Source: Octopus vulgaris (taxonomy: Eukaryota). Taken from it: 64,000 bases of DNA. A program made the translations under genes and the position numbers. The DNA lies in assembly GCA_951406725.2 (NCBI GenBank), contig OX597840.1, forward strand, positions 19,592,001-19,656,000. The letters run 5' to 3'. The notes beneath the pieces were generated by a model, which was not told where the DNA came from, did no database searches, and was given only the letters and a program-made list of their open reading frames with translations. Below, piece by piece: positions 43,066-56,592 of this stretch (the first letter of the stretch is position 1; every line of letters begins with the position of its first letter).

Positions 43066-43874
43066 GGCAACTTCTCTCTTTCTGTCTCTTGCTGTCTATA
43101 CCAGCGAACCAATCTTCACGAAACTTTGTATACCTGTCAAACTAACGTCCAGTTCAATTATGGGCTAATTGGATTTGAATAAAAATCGATAATGGGCCCC
43201 CTACGGGTGTTGGGCTATTTTATATGAAAAAATGAGTAGGGTGCAAAGAGTGTTAGGTTGAGGGAAATGTGGTGGCATAATGAGGGTGGCTGGTATCAGG
43301 GAAGGGGAGGAGACAGGAAGAGACAGAGAGACAGAATGGGAAACAAGGATAGAGCGGGAGAAACAAGGATAGAGTGTTTAATGAAGGGAACAGCGAATTT
43401 TAATACTTTGTTCTTTAATTTTTACCTATCACTTAACGCATGCGCTTTAGTGAATTAACTATCGTTTGCTCAGTCAAAACTTTTACAATATGTCCAACAA
43501 CAAATGTAAAACTAACAAGTGAAAGCTAAAGAGTTTTTATATTTGTTTTCAAATCAGCGTATTAAGATTTATTAAAACTTTACCAACGTAGTGAAACAAT
43601 TAAACTATAGATAATGCCTTTTATTTGGTTCCATAGCTAAAACTGTTTCATTCTTTAACATAACTTTTGTACTCTTTTACTTGTTTCAGTCATTTGACTG
43701 CGGCCATGCTGGAGCACCACTTTTTGTCGAACAAATCGACCCCAGGCTTTATTCTTTGTAAGCCCAGTACTTATTCTATCGGTCTCTTTTGCCAAACCGC
43801 TAAGTTACGGGGACGTAAACACACCAGCATCGGTTGTCAAGCGATGCTAGAGGGACAAACACAGACACACAAAC

Positions 43875-43953
<79 letters not shown>

Positions 43954-44827
43954 CATATATAAGACGGGCTTCTTTCAGTTTCTGTCTACCAACTCCACTC
44001 ACAAGGCTTTGCTCGCCCCGAGGCTATAGTAGAAGACACTTGCCCAAGGTGCCAGGCAGTGTGACTGAACCCGGAACCATGTGGTTGGTAAGCAAGCTAC
44101 TTACCACACAGCCAATCCTGCGCCTATACAATTGAAAAATAATAAACACCTCAAACCAGAAAACGTAGGGATATAAAATAAATTCAGAGGAGTTCGTTTC
44201 TTTAAACCTTCAATATTACTTCTGAGGAATTTTTCATCATCTCAAGATTCTAATGGTTCAGAAAAGTATTCAGTTCCATCTTCCAGTTTTCAACGCTTGG
44301 AACTGTCTCCCTATTTTTGTAAGGTTTTCCCTGTTGCTGTCATACAATGAAATTTTAAAATTACGTCAATTTTTTTCAAATTTGGTTTATTGAAATAATC
44401 TTTCACGTTAAATACGATTTTGTTATTTATTCGTTGCAGAAAAAATTGCAGTAAAATGCACGAGGTTTAAAGTTTAATTAATTTTGCCTAATCAGAAAAC
44501 AAGCTGGCATTTTCTGCATGATAGCTATCACGAAATGAAAGTAAAATCATTACCAGGAGGGGTTTTTTTTAATTAATCAAACGAAAGCAAAGCATTACGA
44601 TGACCAAAGTTGTAAGAACTTCTGAAGCCTTAATGAGTTTTAATGAATGAAGTCACGGCAAACGGTCGAACAAACATTTAAATAATAAAAAAAGGTAAAA
44701 GATTGTCGACGAAGTTTTTTTGCGCAAAATTGCACAAATCTGTCCTGATCAAGAGGCCTATCTGTCGGGGAAGGCATGATCTGATATGGAATAAACAAAA
44801 ATTTATATAAGACGGACTATTCAGCTA

Positions 44828-44828
<1 letters not shown>
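43050..44828 (+). mobile_element. Possible decayed non-autonomous Helitron
   Basis: Starts (TA)n-aaatggc...tctgtct...ccaatcttcacgaaactt and ends tattcagCTAG|t; subterminal hairpin not evident. Confidence 0.3.
43670..44125 (-). mobile_element. SINE family 1, full length
   Basis: Family 1 sequence. Confidence 0.9.
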
Positions 44829-44920
<92 letters not shown>

Positions 44921-44977
44921 AATTTTATTCATAAACAACAATAACAATATTTAACAAAAGCATCATTAAATGACAAT

Positions 44978-45110
44978 CTGATCATCTTCCAAGCAAATGG
45001 GAAGTAGTAATTGAAGTAGATGGTGAATATGCTCCGGAATAATCATTTAAACATGTTTTTGTTACATGTTGTTATAGTTTTTGTTGAAGGCCCAATAATT
45101 ATGCACCAGC

Positions 45111-45114
<4 letters not shown>
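44978..45114 (+). mobile_element. 3' end of a mariner transposon (C-terminus plus right TIR)
   Basis: DHLPSKWEVVIEVDGEYAPE* resembles the mariner C-terminus; end (reverse complement) ta-ttgggctggtgcataattatt resembles mariner TIRs; TA target. Confidence 0.7.
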
Positions 45115-45160
<46 letters not shown>

Positions 45161-45343
45161 ATAAGGTTCGCTTTTTTAAGAACATGGATTCTATTGAATG
45201 TATGTAACAATTATGAACTGTTCCATGATACTGTTTATTATAAATTTTTTTGATAAGGTTCGTTATTTCAAGAACCGAAACATGCAAAATTAAAATTTAT
45301 CTAATATAGTGGTATTTTCAAACTTCTATTTTACAAATATATA

Positions 45344-45424
<81 letters not shown>

Positions 45425-45476
45425 AACGCGTGTATCTTTATACATATATACATAAATATGTATATACTTACATATT

Positions 45477-45520
<44 letters not shown>

Positions 45521-45880
45521 TGTGTGTGTGTGTGTGTGTGTATACTTATATGTACTTACATACATGTAAGTATGTATAGATCCGATATGAGGCAAAATGA
45601 TAATTAGATAGGAAATCGTTTTCCATGCGCAAACGGATTTAACCTCGGCGTTAGCGCTGATAGTGAATAACCTCAAGTGTACAACAACATAATTACAACA
45701 GAAACGGATGGCAACAACAACGAAGTTCTATTGATACAACACTCGACGAGAGGAAGAAACGTTTGGCGTCGTGACCATATTGGTCCTTCACCTTCGTGGA
45801 AGAGGAGTAAAAGAGAGAGAGAGATGTTCACGAAAAGTGAAGAAAGAACGAGTATATTCTTCAATATATGGGTTTCGGAA

Positions 45881-46410
45881 GGCGGCGAGCTGGCAGAAAC
45901 GTTAGCACGCCGGGCGAAATGCTTAGCGGTATTTCGTCTGTCGTTACGTTCTGAGTTCGAATTCCGCCGAGGTCAACTTTGCCTTTCATCCTTTCGGGGT
46001 CGATTAAATAAGTACCAGTTACGCACTGGAGTCGATGTAATCAACTTAATCCATGTGTCTGTCCTTGTTTGTCCTCTCTGTGTTTAGCCCCTTGTGGGTA
46101 GTAAAGAAATAGGTATTTCGTCTGCCGTTACGTTCTGAGTTCAAATTCCGCCGAGGTCGACTTTGCCTTTCATCCTTTCGGGGTCGATAAATTAAGTACC
46201 AGTTACGCACTGGGGTCGATGTAATCGACTTAATCCGTCTGTCTGTCCTTGTTTGTTATCTCTGTGTTTAGCCCCATGTGGGTAGTAAAGAAATAGGTAT
46301 TTCGTCTGCCGCTACGTTCTGAGTTCAAATTCTACCGAGGTCGAATTTGCTTTTCATCCTTTTAAGGTCGATTAAATAAGTACCAGTTACGCAATAGGGT
46401 CGAATGAATT
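45881..46410 (+). mobile_element. SINE family 2 with internal tandem modules
   Basis: Same head/body/tail-module architecture as 3997-4592. Confidence 0.85.
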
Positions 46411-46471
46411 GACATGCATAAACATGCATGTCTACATAAGTATATACATACACACACAAATACATTTCTCA

Positions 46472-46790
46472 CGCCGTCGGGTACGACGGACGAAGGTTCC
46501 TATTGATCCGATCAACGGAACACCTTGCTCGTGAAATTAACGTACAAGTGGCTGACTACTCCACAGACACGTGTGCCCTTAACGCAGTTCTCAGGGAGAT
46601 TTTGCGTGACATAGACTGTGACAAGGCTGACCCCTTTGAATTATAGGTAATATTGATATTTGTCAGCTGAGTGGACTGGGGCAATGTGAAATAAAATGTT
46701 TGGCTCAAAGTCACATCACGCGGCTGGGAATCGAACTCACGGTGTTACAAGCGTGAGCGGAAAACACTAACCACCGAGCCACGCACCTTC
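46472..46790 (-). mobile_element. SINE family 3, diverged full-length copy
   Basis: Homologous to 28563-28889. Confidence 0.8.
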
Positions 46791-46849
46791 ATACATACAT
46801 ACATACATACATACATACATACATACATACATACATACATGCATGCATA

Positions 46850-47055
46850 CTCAATCCTGAGAAATTAGGCTTCTCAAAACCAGAAGGAAGAAAGCTTATT
46901 CGAAGACTACGGATCCACGCCATCACTGGCACAGTAAAAATCTGTAAAACTTTCCAGAAGTTTAGCAGTTCAATATATATGAACATGTCTGGACATGCAA
47001 GTATATGCATGAGAAAACATACATTGAGCAAAATATACAAATCTGCACATATACA

Positions 47056-47089
<34 letters not shown>

Positions 47090-47112
47090 CATACTTTTAT
47101 TATATACATATA

Positions 47113-47143
<31 letters not shown>

Positions 47144-47592
47144 CATACATACATACATACATACATACATACATACATACATACATACATACATACATAC
47201 ATACATACATACATACATACAAACATACATACATACATACATACATACATACATACACATACATACATACATACATACATACATACATACACATACATAC
47301 ATACATACATACATACATACATACATACATACATACATACACACACATACATGCATAATAAAACTTTCCAGAAGTTTACCATTTAAATATATACATCTGA
47401 GCATGTCTAGACATGCAACTATACGCATGAGGAGACATACATAACGCAAAACCTACAAATCTTCACATACATACAAACAAAAATACTCTGTTGTTGATAT
47501 TAAAATTCCAATAAAGAAGCCCTGGGTCTAGGTTTGAAACCGGTTCTTTTTGTATTGACAAGAGATCTCGAAATAAAACTGGACAATGACAT
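46850..47592 (+). mobile_element. Two tandem truncated R4/Dong-like LINE 3' ends in (CATA)n
   Basis: LNPEKLGFSKPEGRKLIRRLRIHAITGTVKICKTFQKF at 46850; second copy KTFQKFTI* plus 3'UTR at 47358-47592. Confidence 0.65.
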
Positions 47593-47603
47593 ACAAAAAT
47601 ACC

Positions 47604-47820
47604 CTCTCTTTTCTCTTTTCCTTGTTTCAGTCATTTTGACTGCGGCCATGCTGGAGCACCGCCTTTAGTCGAGCAACTCGACCCCGGGACTTATTCTTTT
47701 TGTAAGCCCAGTACTTATTCTATCGGTCTCTTTTGCCGAACCGCTAAGTGACGGGGACGTAAACACACCAGCATCGGTTGTCAAACAATGCTAGAGGGAC
47801 AAACACAGACACACAAACAT

Positions 47821-47889
<69 letters not shown>

Positions 47890-49768
47890 TTCTAATGCTC
47901 GTTGCTTGGTTTTTCTTGGAGGGCTGGCCGTGATCTAGTAATCTCAAGATTAATCAGCCGAAATTACTACGATGATCCGGTTCTTGACTGAAGACTGAGG
48001 GTTTCGAATGTCCTGTCCGTGTTTATTGTGTCGTCTTCTAAGAGTTATACGTTCTTGTCCATGTTGTATTTTTCTACATACCTTAACATATATTCCAGGC
48101 GCCCCGTACCCCCCTTAACATTTATGTGAGCACATATTCTTAATAATTGGTACGACTCTCTGTTTGTCTCTCTCTCTCTCATTTTTACTTGATCTGTCCC
48201 CCTCTCTCTCTTTTCTCTCTACTCATCCTCTTTTTCTCTTCTCTTTCCTCTGATTCTTTGGTCTAGTCTTCCACTACCCTCCTATTTCTTTGTCTCGCTC
48301 TGCACTCACAGGTCATTCTTCGACACCCATCCCTTCTCCTCTCTGATTCCTTCTTTCTCTCTCTTCTCTCTCTTTGTTGCGTTTGTCCCTCCTCTCTCTC
48401 TCTCTTCCTTTGCTTCTCTTTCTTTTCTTTTCCCTCTTCTCTGTCACGTGACTGTTGGCCGAAATCTGCCTTTCAGCCTCTGACCCTCGTTCTGTTAACA
48501 TCGCTGTTTTCGTCCGCCACTATAAAGGCTTTTTCCATTGCGCCAGAGAAAAAATTTGTTTGCTTGTTATCAGTCGTAAGACACTGTTGTTTTCACCGTT
48601 AATGCTTCTGTATTTCATGTTTCTGTATTCCATTATTGTTTTTTGTTTTTTTATATCTGTCCCTTTTGCTGTCCTGGTGTTCGTATGCATTCGATCCTTC
48701 TTCCAGGAAATCTACGCTTCCAGCTTAGTTTTTCTAATGCTCGTTGCTTGGTTTTTCTTGGAGGGCTGGCCGTGATCTAGTAATCTCAAGATTAATCAGC
48801 CGAAATTACTACGATGATCCGGTTCTTGACTGAAGACTGAGGGTTTCGAATGTCCTGTCCGTGTTTATTGTGTCGTCTTCTAAGAGTTATACGTTCTTGT
48901 CCATGTTGTATTTTTCTACATACCTTAACATATATTCCAGGCGCCCCGTACCCCCCTTAACATTTATGTGAGCACATATTCTTAATAATTGGTACGACTC
49001 TCTGTTTGTCTCTCTCTCTCTCTCATTTTTACTTGATCTGTCCCCCTCTCTCTCTTTTCTCTCTACTCATCCTCTTTTTCTCTTCTCTTTCCTCTGATTC
49101 TTTGGTCTAGTCTTCCACTACCCTCCTATTTCTTTGTCTCGCTCTGCACTCACAGGTCATTCTTCGACACCCATCCCTTCTCCTCTCTGATTCCTTCTTT
49201 CTCTCTCTTCTCTCTCTTTGTTGCGTTTGTCCCTCCTCTCTCTCTCTCTTCCTTTGCTTCTCTTTCTTTTCTTTTCCCTCTTCTCTGTCACGTGACTGTT
49301 GGCCGAAATCTGCCTTTCAGCCTCTGACCCTCGTTCTGTTAACATCGCTGTTTTCGTCCGCCACTATAAAGGCTTTTTCCATTGCGCCAGAGAAAAAATT
49401 TGTTTGCTTGTTATCAGTCGTAAGACACTGTTGTTTTCACCGTTAATGCTTCTGTATTTCATGTTTCTGTATTCCATTATTGTTTTTTGTTTTTTTATAT
49501 CTGTCCCTTTTGCTGTCCTGGTGTTCGTATGCATTCGATCCTTCTTCCAGGAAATCTACGCTTCCAGCTTAGTTTTTCTAATGCTCGTTGCTTGGTTTTT
49601 CTTGGAGGGCTGGCCGTGATCTAGTAATCTCAAGATTAATCAGCCGAAATTACTACGATGATCCGGTTCTTGACTGAAGACTGAGGGTTTCGAATGTCCT
49701 GTCCGTGTTTATTGTGTCGTCTTCTAAGAGTTATACGTTCTTGTCCATGTTGTATTTTTCTACATACC

Positions 49769-49810
<42 letters not shown>

Positions 49811-49974
49811 CGATGGGCTTCTTTCAGTTTCCGTCTACCAAATCCACTCACAAGGCTTTGGTCGGCCCGAGGCTATAGCAGAAGACACTTGCCCAAGGTG
49901 CCACGCAGTGAGACTGAACCTGGAACCACGTGGTTGGTAAGCAAGCTACTTACCACACAGCAACTCCTGCGCCT
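47604..49974 (-). mobile_element. SINE family 1 split by a 1.9 kb insertion in its internal (TA)n
   Basis: Tail half at 47604-47885, head half at 49772-49974. Confidence 0.88.
47886..49771. repeat. Head-to-tail 842/844 bp repeat, ~2.2 copies, non-coding
   Basis: tctaatgctcgttgc at 47891, 48733 and 49577; copies differ visibly only by one TC unit. Confidence 0.95.
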
Positions 49975-49975
49975 A

Positions 49976-50076
49976 TTGATGTTGTCGAAATTCCAATGAA
50001 GAAACCTTGGGTCTAGGTTAGAAACCGGCTCTTTCTCTATTGACAAGAGATCTCGAAATAAAACTGAATAATGACA
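49976..50076 (+). mobile_element. R4/Dong-like LINE terminal 100 bp
   Basis: Matches 47490-47592 and the reverse complement of 2601-2698. Confidence 0.6.
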
Positions 50077-50257
50077 CCCATAACAAGCTCAGACACACTT
50101 GGGTGCGAACCAATATAAATATGGCGACATTCACACATATTTCCGCTTCAGTGAATATTGCGTTTTTTGTTGGTTTTTTTATTATTTTTTTTTGTAGCAA
50201 ATGTTAACATACACACTTCAGAATTGAAAACATTTCTCTAAACACCTCTTTCCATGC

Positions 50258-52045
<1,788 letters not shown>

Positions 52046-52189
52046 TGTTTTCTTTGCATTCGTCACATATTTTGTATCGATTTATTTATCTATCGGTTTA
52101 CCTATTCGTCTGTCCCGGTCTGTCCGTACCCCACTTTATATATATATGTAGGTATATGTCTGTAAATACACATGTGTGTGTATTATCTA

Positions 52190-52300
<111 letters not shown>

Positions 52301-52327
52301 AATGAGCAAGAAGGATATCCAGAGGTA

Positions 52328-52416
52328 ATGTAGTACAATCGTTTCATGCGACTCCATTTAATTGAACAATGCAAATATTACATCAATTTAAAATGTAGAG
52401 CAATCTTCAGCTGCAT
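52328..52416 (-). ncRNA. Slightly decayed type I hammerhead ribozyme
   Basis: atgcag CTGAAGA ttgc...gcat GAAA cgattg TA ctacat; stem I 5 of 6 pairs, near-palindromic helix III; element abuts (TA)n. Confidence 0.6.
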
Positions 52417-52511
52417 AAAAATATAGAATTTAATTAAGATTAAAATTCGAAAGACTCATTAGTATAATTTTATCCAAAATCTCCAAGAGGATAAGGAGAT
52501 AGACAAAGAAC

Positions 52512-52780
<269 letters not shown>

Positions 52781-53114
52781 TGTTTCTTTATTAGCATAGA
52801 CAGATAACTTTCTTTTATTAGCCATACAGGGCTGAATACAGAGGGGACAAATACAAATGCAGAGCTTTTCTTTTCGAGGGTGGAAAAAAAAGAAAATAAA
52901 TGTAAGATTGCGATCAAAAGGGATCGAGAGGAGGAAAAAAAAGGAAAAAAAAAAGGAAATCGTGTATCACAGAAATAATGATATAAACATTGATATAACA
53001 AAGTTGGGTTCATCCGTGGGAAGAAAAGCCTACAGAAAAGACCACGGGAAACCCCAGTCAGGGAGGAAATAACCACATGAGATCAAAATGCTCTCTTTCT
53101 TTCTTTTTTACGAT

Positions 53115-56100
53115 CTACAGGATCATGCTCAAAATGGTTTCGTTACTAGCACGCACTATCTTTGCAACATTCACCCATCTTTTTTTGAATCTTTCGCGAG
53201 ACAAAACTTCCCTCTCCATTCTCACCTTCCTTTTCAAGTGGTACTTGAAAAAGTTGATGAGCGATTGGCCAGAGAGGTAAGTGTTTGTCTCTAATCCTTT
53301 CGCTCGAGTCCACCACACACATTCTTTCACCATGGCCACCAGTACGATGAAAACTGCCTTGCCTTCCCGGTTGAGGGAAGGGGGCGGAGCAATTCTCACG
53401 ATAGACTCGGCCGATAGGCGGAATCGTCCCACACGTGACAGCAGCCGTTCGGCATAAGCCCACAGGTCGGAAATGGTTGGACATTGCACGAGTGCGTGCA
53501 GAACGGTTTCGTCGCTCTGACCGCATCTCGGGCAAGTCGGTCCAGTGTGTCTGGAACCGTGTCTGTAGAGCTTATTCCGAACAGGTAATGCTTCTCGATA
53601 GCACTGCCAGGCCAGGGATCTTTGGTGATTGTTCATAGGTCCCGGCCCGAAAGTTGTCCTGAACAGGCGGGTCAGGTGTTCCTCGTCGACGCCCAGACTC
53701 TGCCCGAGTTCGTCGTCGCACCTCCCCTCCACTAATCCTCTACAGAATGCCTTTGTTGTGATGGAGTCGCACAAGTTCGATCCCGGACGGCAGAGTTGCT
53801 TGAGAGCAAAGCGACACTCGCGGTGCCATTCGCCTAGCCTCGGTCTCTGCTTGATCCATGACTGTAGTTCGTCCAAGGAGACGAGCTGCGGGAAAGCGCG
53901 CCGCACAAAAGGCGACCACACCTGTTCACCGTTGGTTATGAAGCGCCGGAGATGTCGCAGTCTCAGCGCATCTCTGCGCATCATCAACCACGGCATGCCC
54001 AGCCCTCCATTTAGCGGGTGTTGGCAGCAAATGGATCGCCTAACCATCGGAACGTTTCCCTTCCACAAGAAGCGGAAGAGTATACGTTCCAGTTTGGTGA
54101 TGGTAGGGTCGGGACAAGGCACGACGGTCAGACGATACTCGATGACGGATGCGATGTACGCGTTCGCCACCTCCGCCCGACCTTTTAGGGGTAGCTTTCT
54201 CTCAGCCCATTTCTGGGTGAGAGTAGCCACCCTAGTCGTTATCTCGCCCCAGTTCTTCTCCATTTGGAGGTCCGGACCGAACCAGACCCCGAGCAATTTA
54301 ACCGGTCCGTCCGTCCAGCGTCCCACGATGGAGACACTGTTGGACGGCATGGGCTTGCTTCTCCAGGTGCCGAGCCGCAAGCCCACTGACTTTTCCCGGT
54401 TAATTTTTGCTCCCGTTACCGCTTCGTATTCTTTTAGTGTCTCGCCGACCAGCTCGATGTGCTGGTAGCTCGACACTATGACGGTGACGTCATCCGCGTA
54501 TGCAGACACGCTCCTCCCGCATCCCAGCTCTCGTGGGATGCCCCTCAGCGTCGCCAGTTTCCGCAGTAGTGGCTCAAGAGTCAGTACATACAGCAGCGAT
54601 GAGAGGGGGCATCCCTGACGAACCGAACGCATGATATTAAAAGGTCTGGATAGATGACCATTAACGCGAACTACTGAGCGGATGCCGCTGTATAAGGCAG
54701 CGATCCAACCGCGGAAAACTGGACCGAAACCAGCCGCTTTAAGGACAGCCTCCAAGTAGTGATGGTCTACCCTATCGAAGGCTTTTGATTGATCCAAATT
54801 GATCAGCACCCCACCCATGCCAGGATTTTTAACTACCCTGTCTATGATGTAGCGCATCAGATGGAGGTTGTCATGAATACTTCTACCCGGCACGGCGCAT
54901 GTTTGCGCCTTGTCGATTAGTTTCTTGATGACAAGCGCCAACCTCTCGGCTAACACCTTGGCCAAAATTTTCAAATCTGCATTGAGCAGAGTGATGGGCC
55001 TGAAATTATCTATGACGTCCCCCTTGTTTGGGTCTTTCTTGATCAGTGCCACTGCTCCTCGCTTTACAAAAGCAGGAATACTCCCGTTCTGCTGCCAGTT
55101 GCAGTAGACAGCTGCCAAGACGCCTCCAAACAAGTCTGGCATATGAAAATAAAGTTCGTAGGGCAGACCATCCAAGCCTGGTGACTTGTCTCTCGCGCAG
55201 GCTACCATCGCATCCTGTACATCCGCAGCTGTGATAGGCTTTTCACAAGACTCCACCTCTCTTGCTGAGAGTCGTGGCAAGGCATGCAGGTAGGCACTAA
55301 AGTCCACTCTGCGTTCTGACTCACCACTTGTCCCAAACAGTTGGGTGAAGTGTTGTTGAAAAGCCCCACACATGCTTTTAGGCTCGAGCAATTCGCGCCC
55401 CTGTTCATCTATAAGAGACTTGATGGTGGCTCTGTTGCCTCGTTGCGTCTCCACCACTCGGGCCTCTTGGGCGGCTCCAACTCCTTCGTTCCTCAGAGCA
55501 CGCATCCTAGCTCTGACAACGCATCCTTCGTGTTTGGCGTTGAGGTGTTGGTCGAGGGCCAATCTCGCCGCCAGCACGTTGGACGCGATGCCAGTTCTAA
55601 GTGCCTCTTCTAAAACCTTAACTAATTCTCCCTCTATTTTATTTCGGTCTAATGCTAGGGCTCTACTGTATCTGACTGATTCTGCTTTAATTGCTTTTTT
55701 TAGGGCATACCACCATCTGTTGTTGATGATGGTACCCGTCAAAGTTCTCTTAACTAATGTGCTGATCCGGTCCCTGTAAACCTGTCGTGCTGTAAAAGAC
55801 GCGTTCAGTTTCCAGTAACCAGGACCCTGCCTATGTGTCTTATCTAAGTCAAGTGTACAAGTCACAAACTTGTGATCTGTGTAACTGACTATATGAAATT
55901 GTGGACAACCTACACTATTTTTATCTATTGTCCTACAGAATACTCTATCTAAGTATGATCTGGACGACCCGATGCGGTTACTCCATGTCCACATTGGCAC
56001 ATTCGGGTGGTCCAGTCGGTACCTGTCAGACAGTTGGAAACGTCTGAGCAGGTCTTTGAGGCATTTGCATCCCCTTCTATTGCTATCTCTGCCCACGTAG

Positions 56101-56570
56101 TCTAGATGCGTGTCCAGGGTGGCATTCCAATCCCCCACTAAAAGTAAAGGACGAGACGTTCCCATGAAAGACTCTAGACGTCGAAAGAAATCTGGTCGGC
56201 CTGTTAAGGACGAAGCATAAACTGCTATCAGTCGAAAAGCACACTCATTGCTGCCATCGACATCCAAAACGACCAACCTACCCTCCGGGTCTAGGAAATT
56301 TGCTCTTACTTTGAGATCCAGACTCTTCTGGATAAGCACCGCGATACCACCTCCGCCCATTCTCGGTAGACACGGAGAAAAATAAATGTTGAAATATGTA
56401 CCGAAAATGTGCTGGAGTGCCCGCAAGCTGTGGAGTCTGGTCTCACTGATGGCTATGATATTCAGATTTAGTGACTTGATGTCATTTAACAGGTAGCCTT
56501 GTTTCCAAGGCGACCCCAAGCCACGTACATTTATACTACCTATTCTGAGCATGTTCCGATAAAAGTGCAA
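53115..56570 (-). CDS. LINE ORF2: APE endonuclease + reverse transcriptase + CCHC finger (1151 aa)
   Basis: SINVRGL, ISETRL, VGDWNA, YLDRVF, YTDHK (APE); KSPGLDGL, FRPITLLN, DQSKAFDRV, RQGCPLS, YADD (RT); CPRC-x8-H-x4-C. Confidence 0.96.
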   Translation of the reverse strand: MHFYRNMLRIGSINVRGLGSPWKQGYLLNDIKSLNLNIIAISETRLHSLRALQHIFGTYFNIYFSPCLPRMGGGGIAVLIQKSLDLKVRANFLDPEGRLVVLDVDGSNECAFRLIAVYASSLTGRPDFFRRLESFMGTSRPLLLVGDWNATLDTHLDYVGRDSNRRGCKCLKDLLRRFQLSDRYRLDHPNVPMWTWSNRIGSSRSYLDRVFCRTIDKNSVGCPQFHIVSYTDHKFVTCTLDLDKTHRQGPGYWKLNASFTARQVYRDRISTLVKRTLTGTIINNRWWYALKKAIKAESVRYSRALALDRNKIEGELVKVLEEALRTGIASNVLAARLALDQHLNAKHEGCVVRARMRALRNEGVGAAQEARVVETQRGNRATIKSLIDEQGRELLEPKSMCGAFQQHFTQLFGTSGESERRVDFSAYLHALPRLSAREVESCEKPITAADVQDAMVACARDKSPGLDGLPYELYFHMPDLFGGVLAAVYCNWQQNGSIPAFVKRGAVALIKKDPNKGDVIDNFRPITLLNADLKILAKVLAERLALVIKKLIDKAQTCAVPGRSIHDNLHLMRYIIDRVVKNPGMGGVLINLDQSKAFDRVDHHYLEAVLKAAGFGPVFRGWIAALYSGIRSVVRVNGHLSRPFNIMRSVRQGCPLSSLLYVLTLEPLLRKLATLRGIPRELGCGRSVSAYADDVTVIVSSYQHIELVGETLKEYEAVTGAKINREKSVGLRLGTWRSKPMPSNSVSIVGRWTDGPVKLLGVWFGPDLQMEKNWGEITTRVATLTQKWAERKLPLKGRAEVANAYIASVIEYRLTVVPCPDPTITKLERILFRFLWKGNVPMVRRSICCQHPLNGGLGMPWLMMRRDALRLRHLRRFITNGEQVWSPFVRRAFPQLVSLDELQSWIKQRPRLGEWHRECRFALKQLCRPGSNLCDSITTKAFCRGLVEGRCDDELGQSLGVDEEHLTRLFRTTFGPGPMNNHQRSLAWQCYREALPVRNKLYRHGSRHTGPTCPRCGQSDETVLHALVQCPTISDLWAYAERLLSRVGRFRLSAESIVRIAPPPSLNREGKAVFIVLVAMVKECVWWTRAKGLETNTYLSGQSLINFFKYHLKRKVRMEREVLSRERFKKRWVNVAKIVRASNETILSMIL

Positions 56571-56592
56571 AAAAGGAAAGAGAGAGAAAAGG

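Noticed and set aside
47980-48020. HHR in the 842 bp repeat
   Set aside because: Has CTGAAGA but lacks GAAA/helix III and stem I pairing
48313-49619. Duplicated 62 aa and 106 aa ORFs in the tandem repeat
   Set aside because: Low-complexity, non-ATG starts; duplicated only because the DNA is duplicated
49990-50035. HHR-like hairpin in the R4/Dong-like 3'UTR (ATGAAGA aacct/aggtt GAAAccgg)
   Set aside because: Core lacks C3 in all three copies and there is no stem I; more likely an ordinary 3' stem-loop
53146-55779. Alternative-frame and antisense ORFs overlapping LINE ORF2 (e.g. 53629-54468)
   Set aside because: Shadow ORFs of a GC-richer coding region with no motifs
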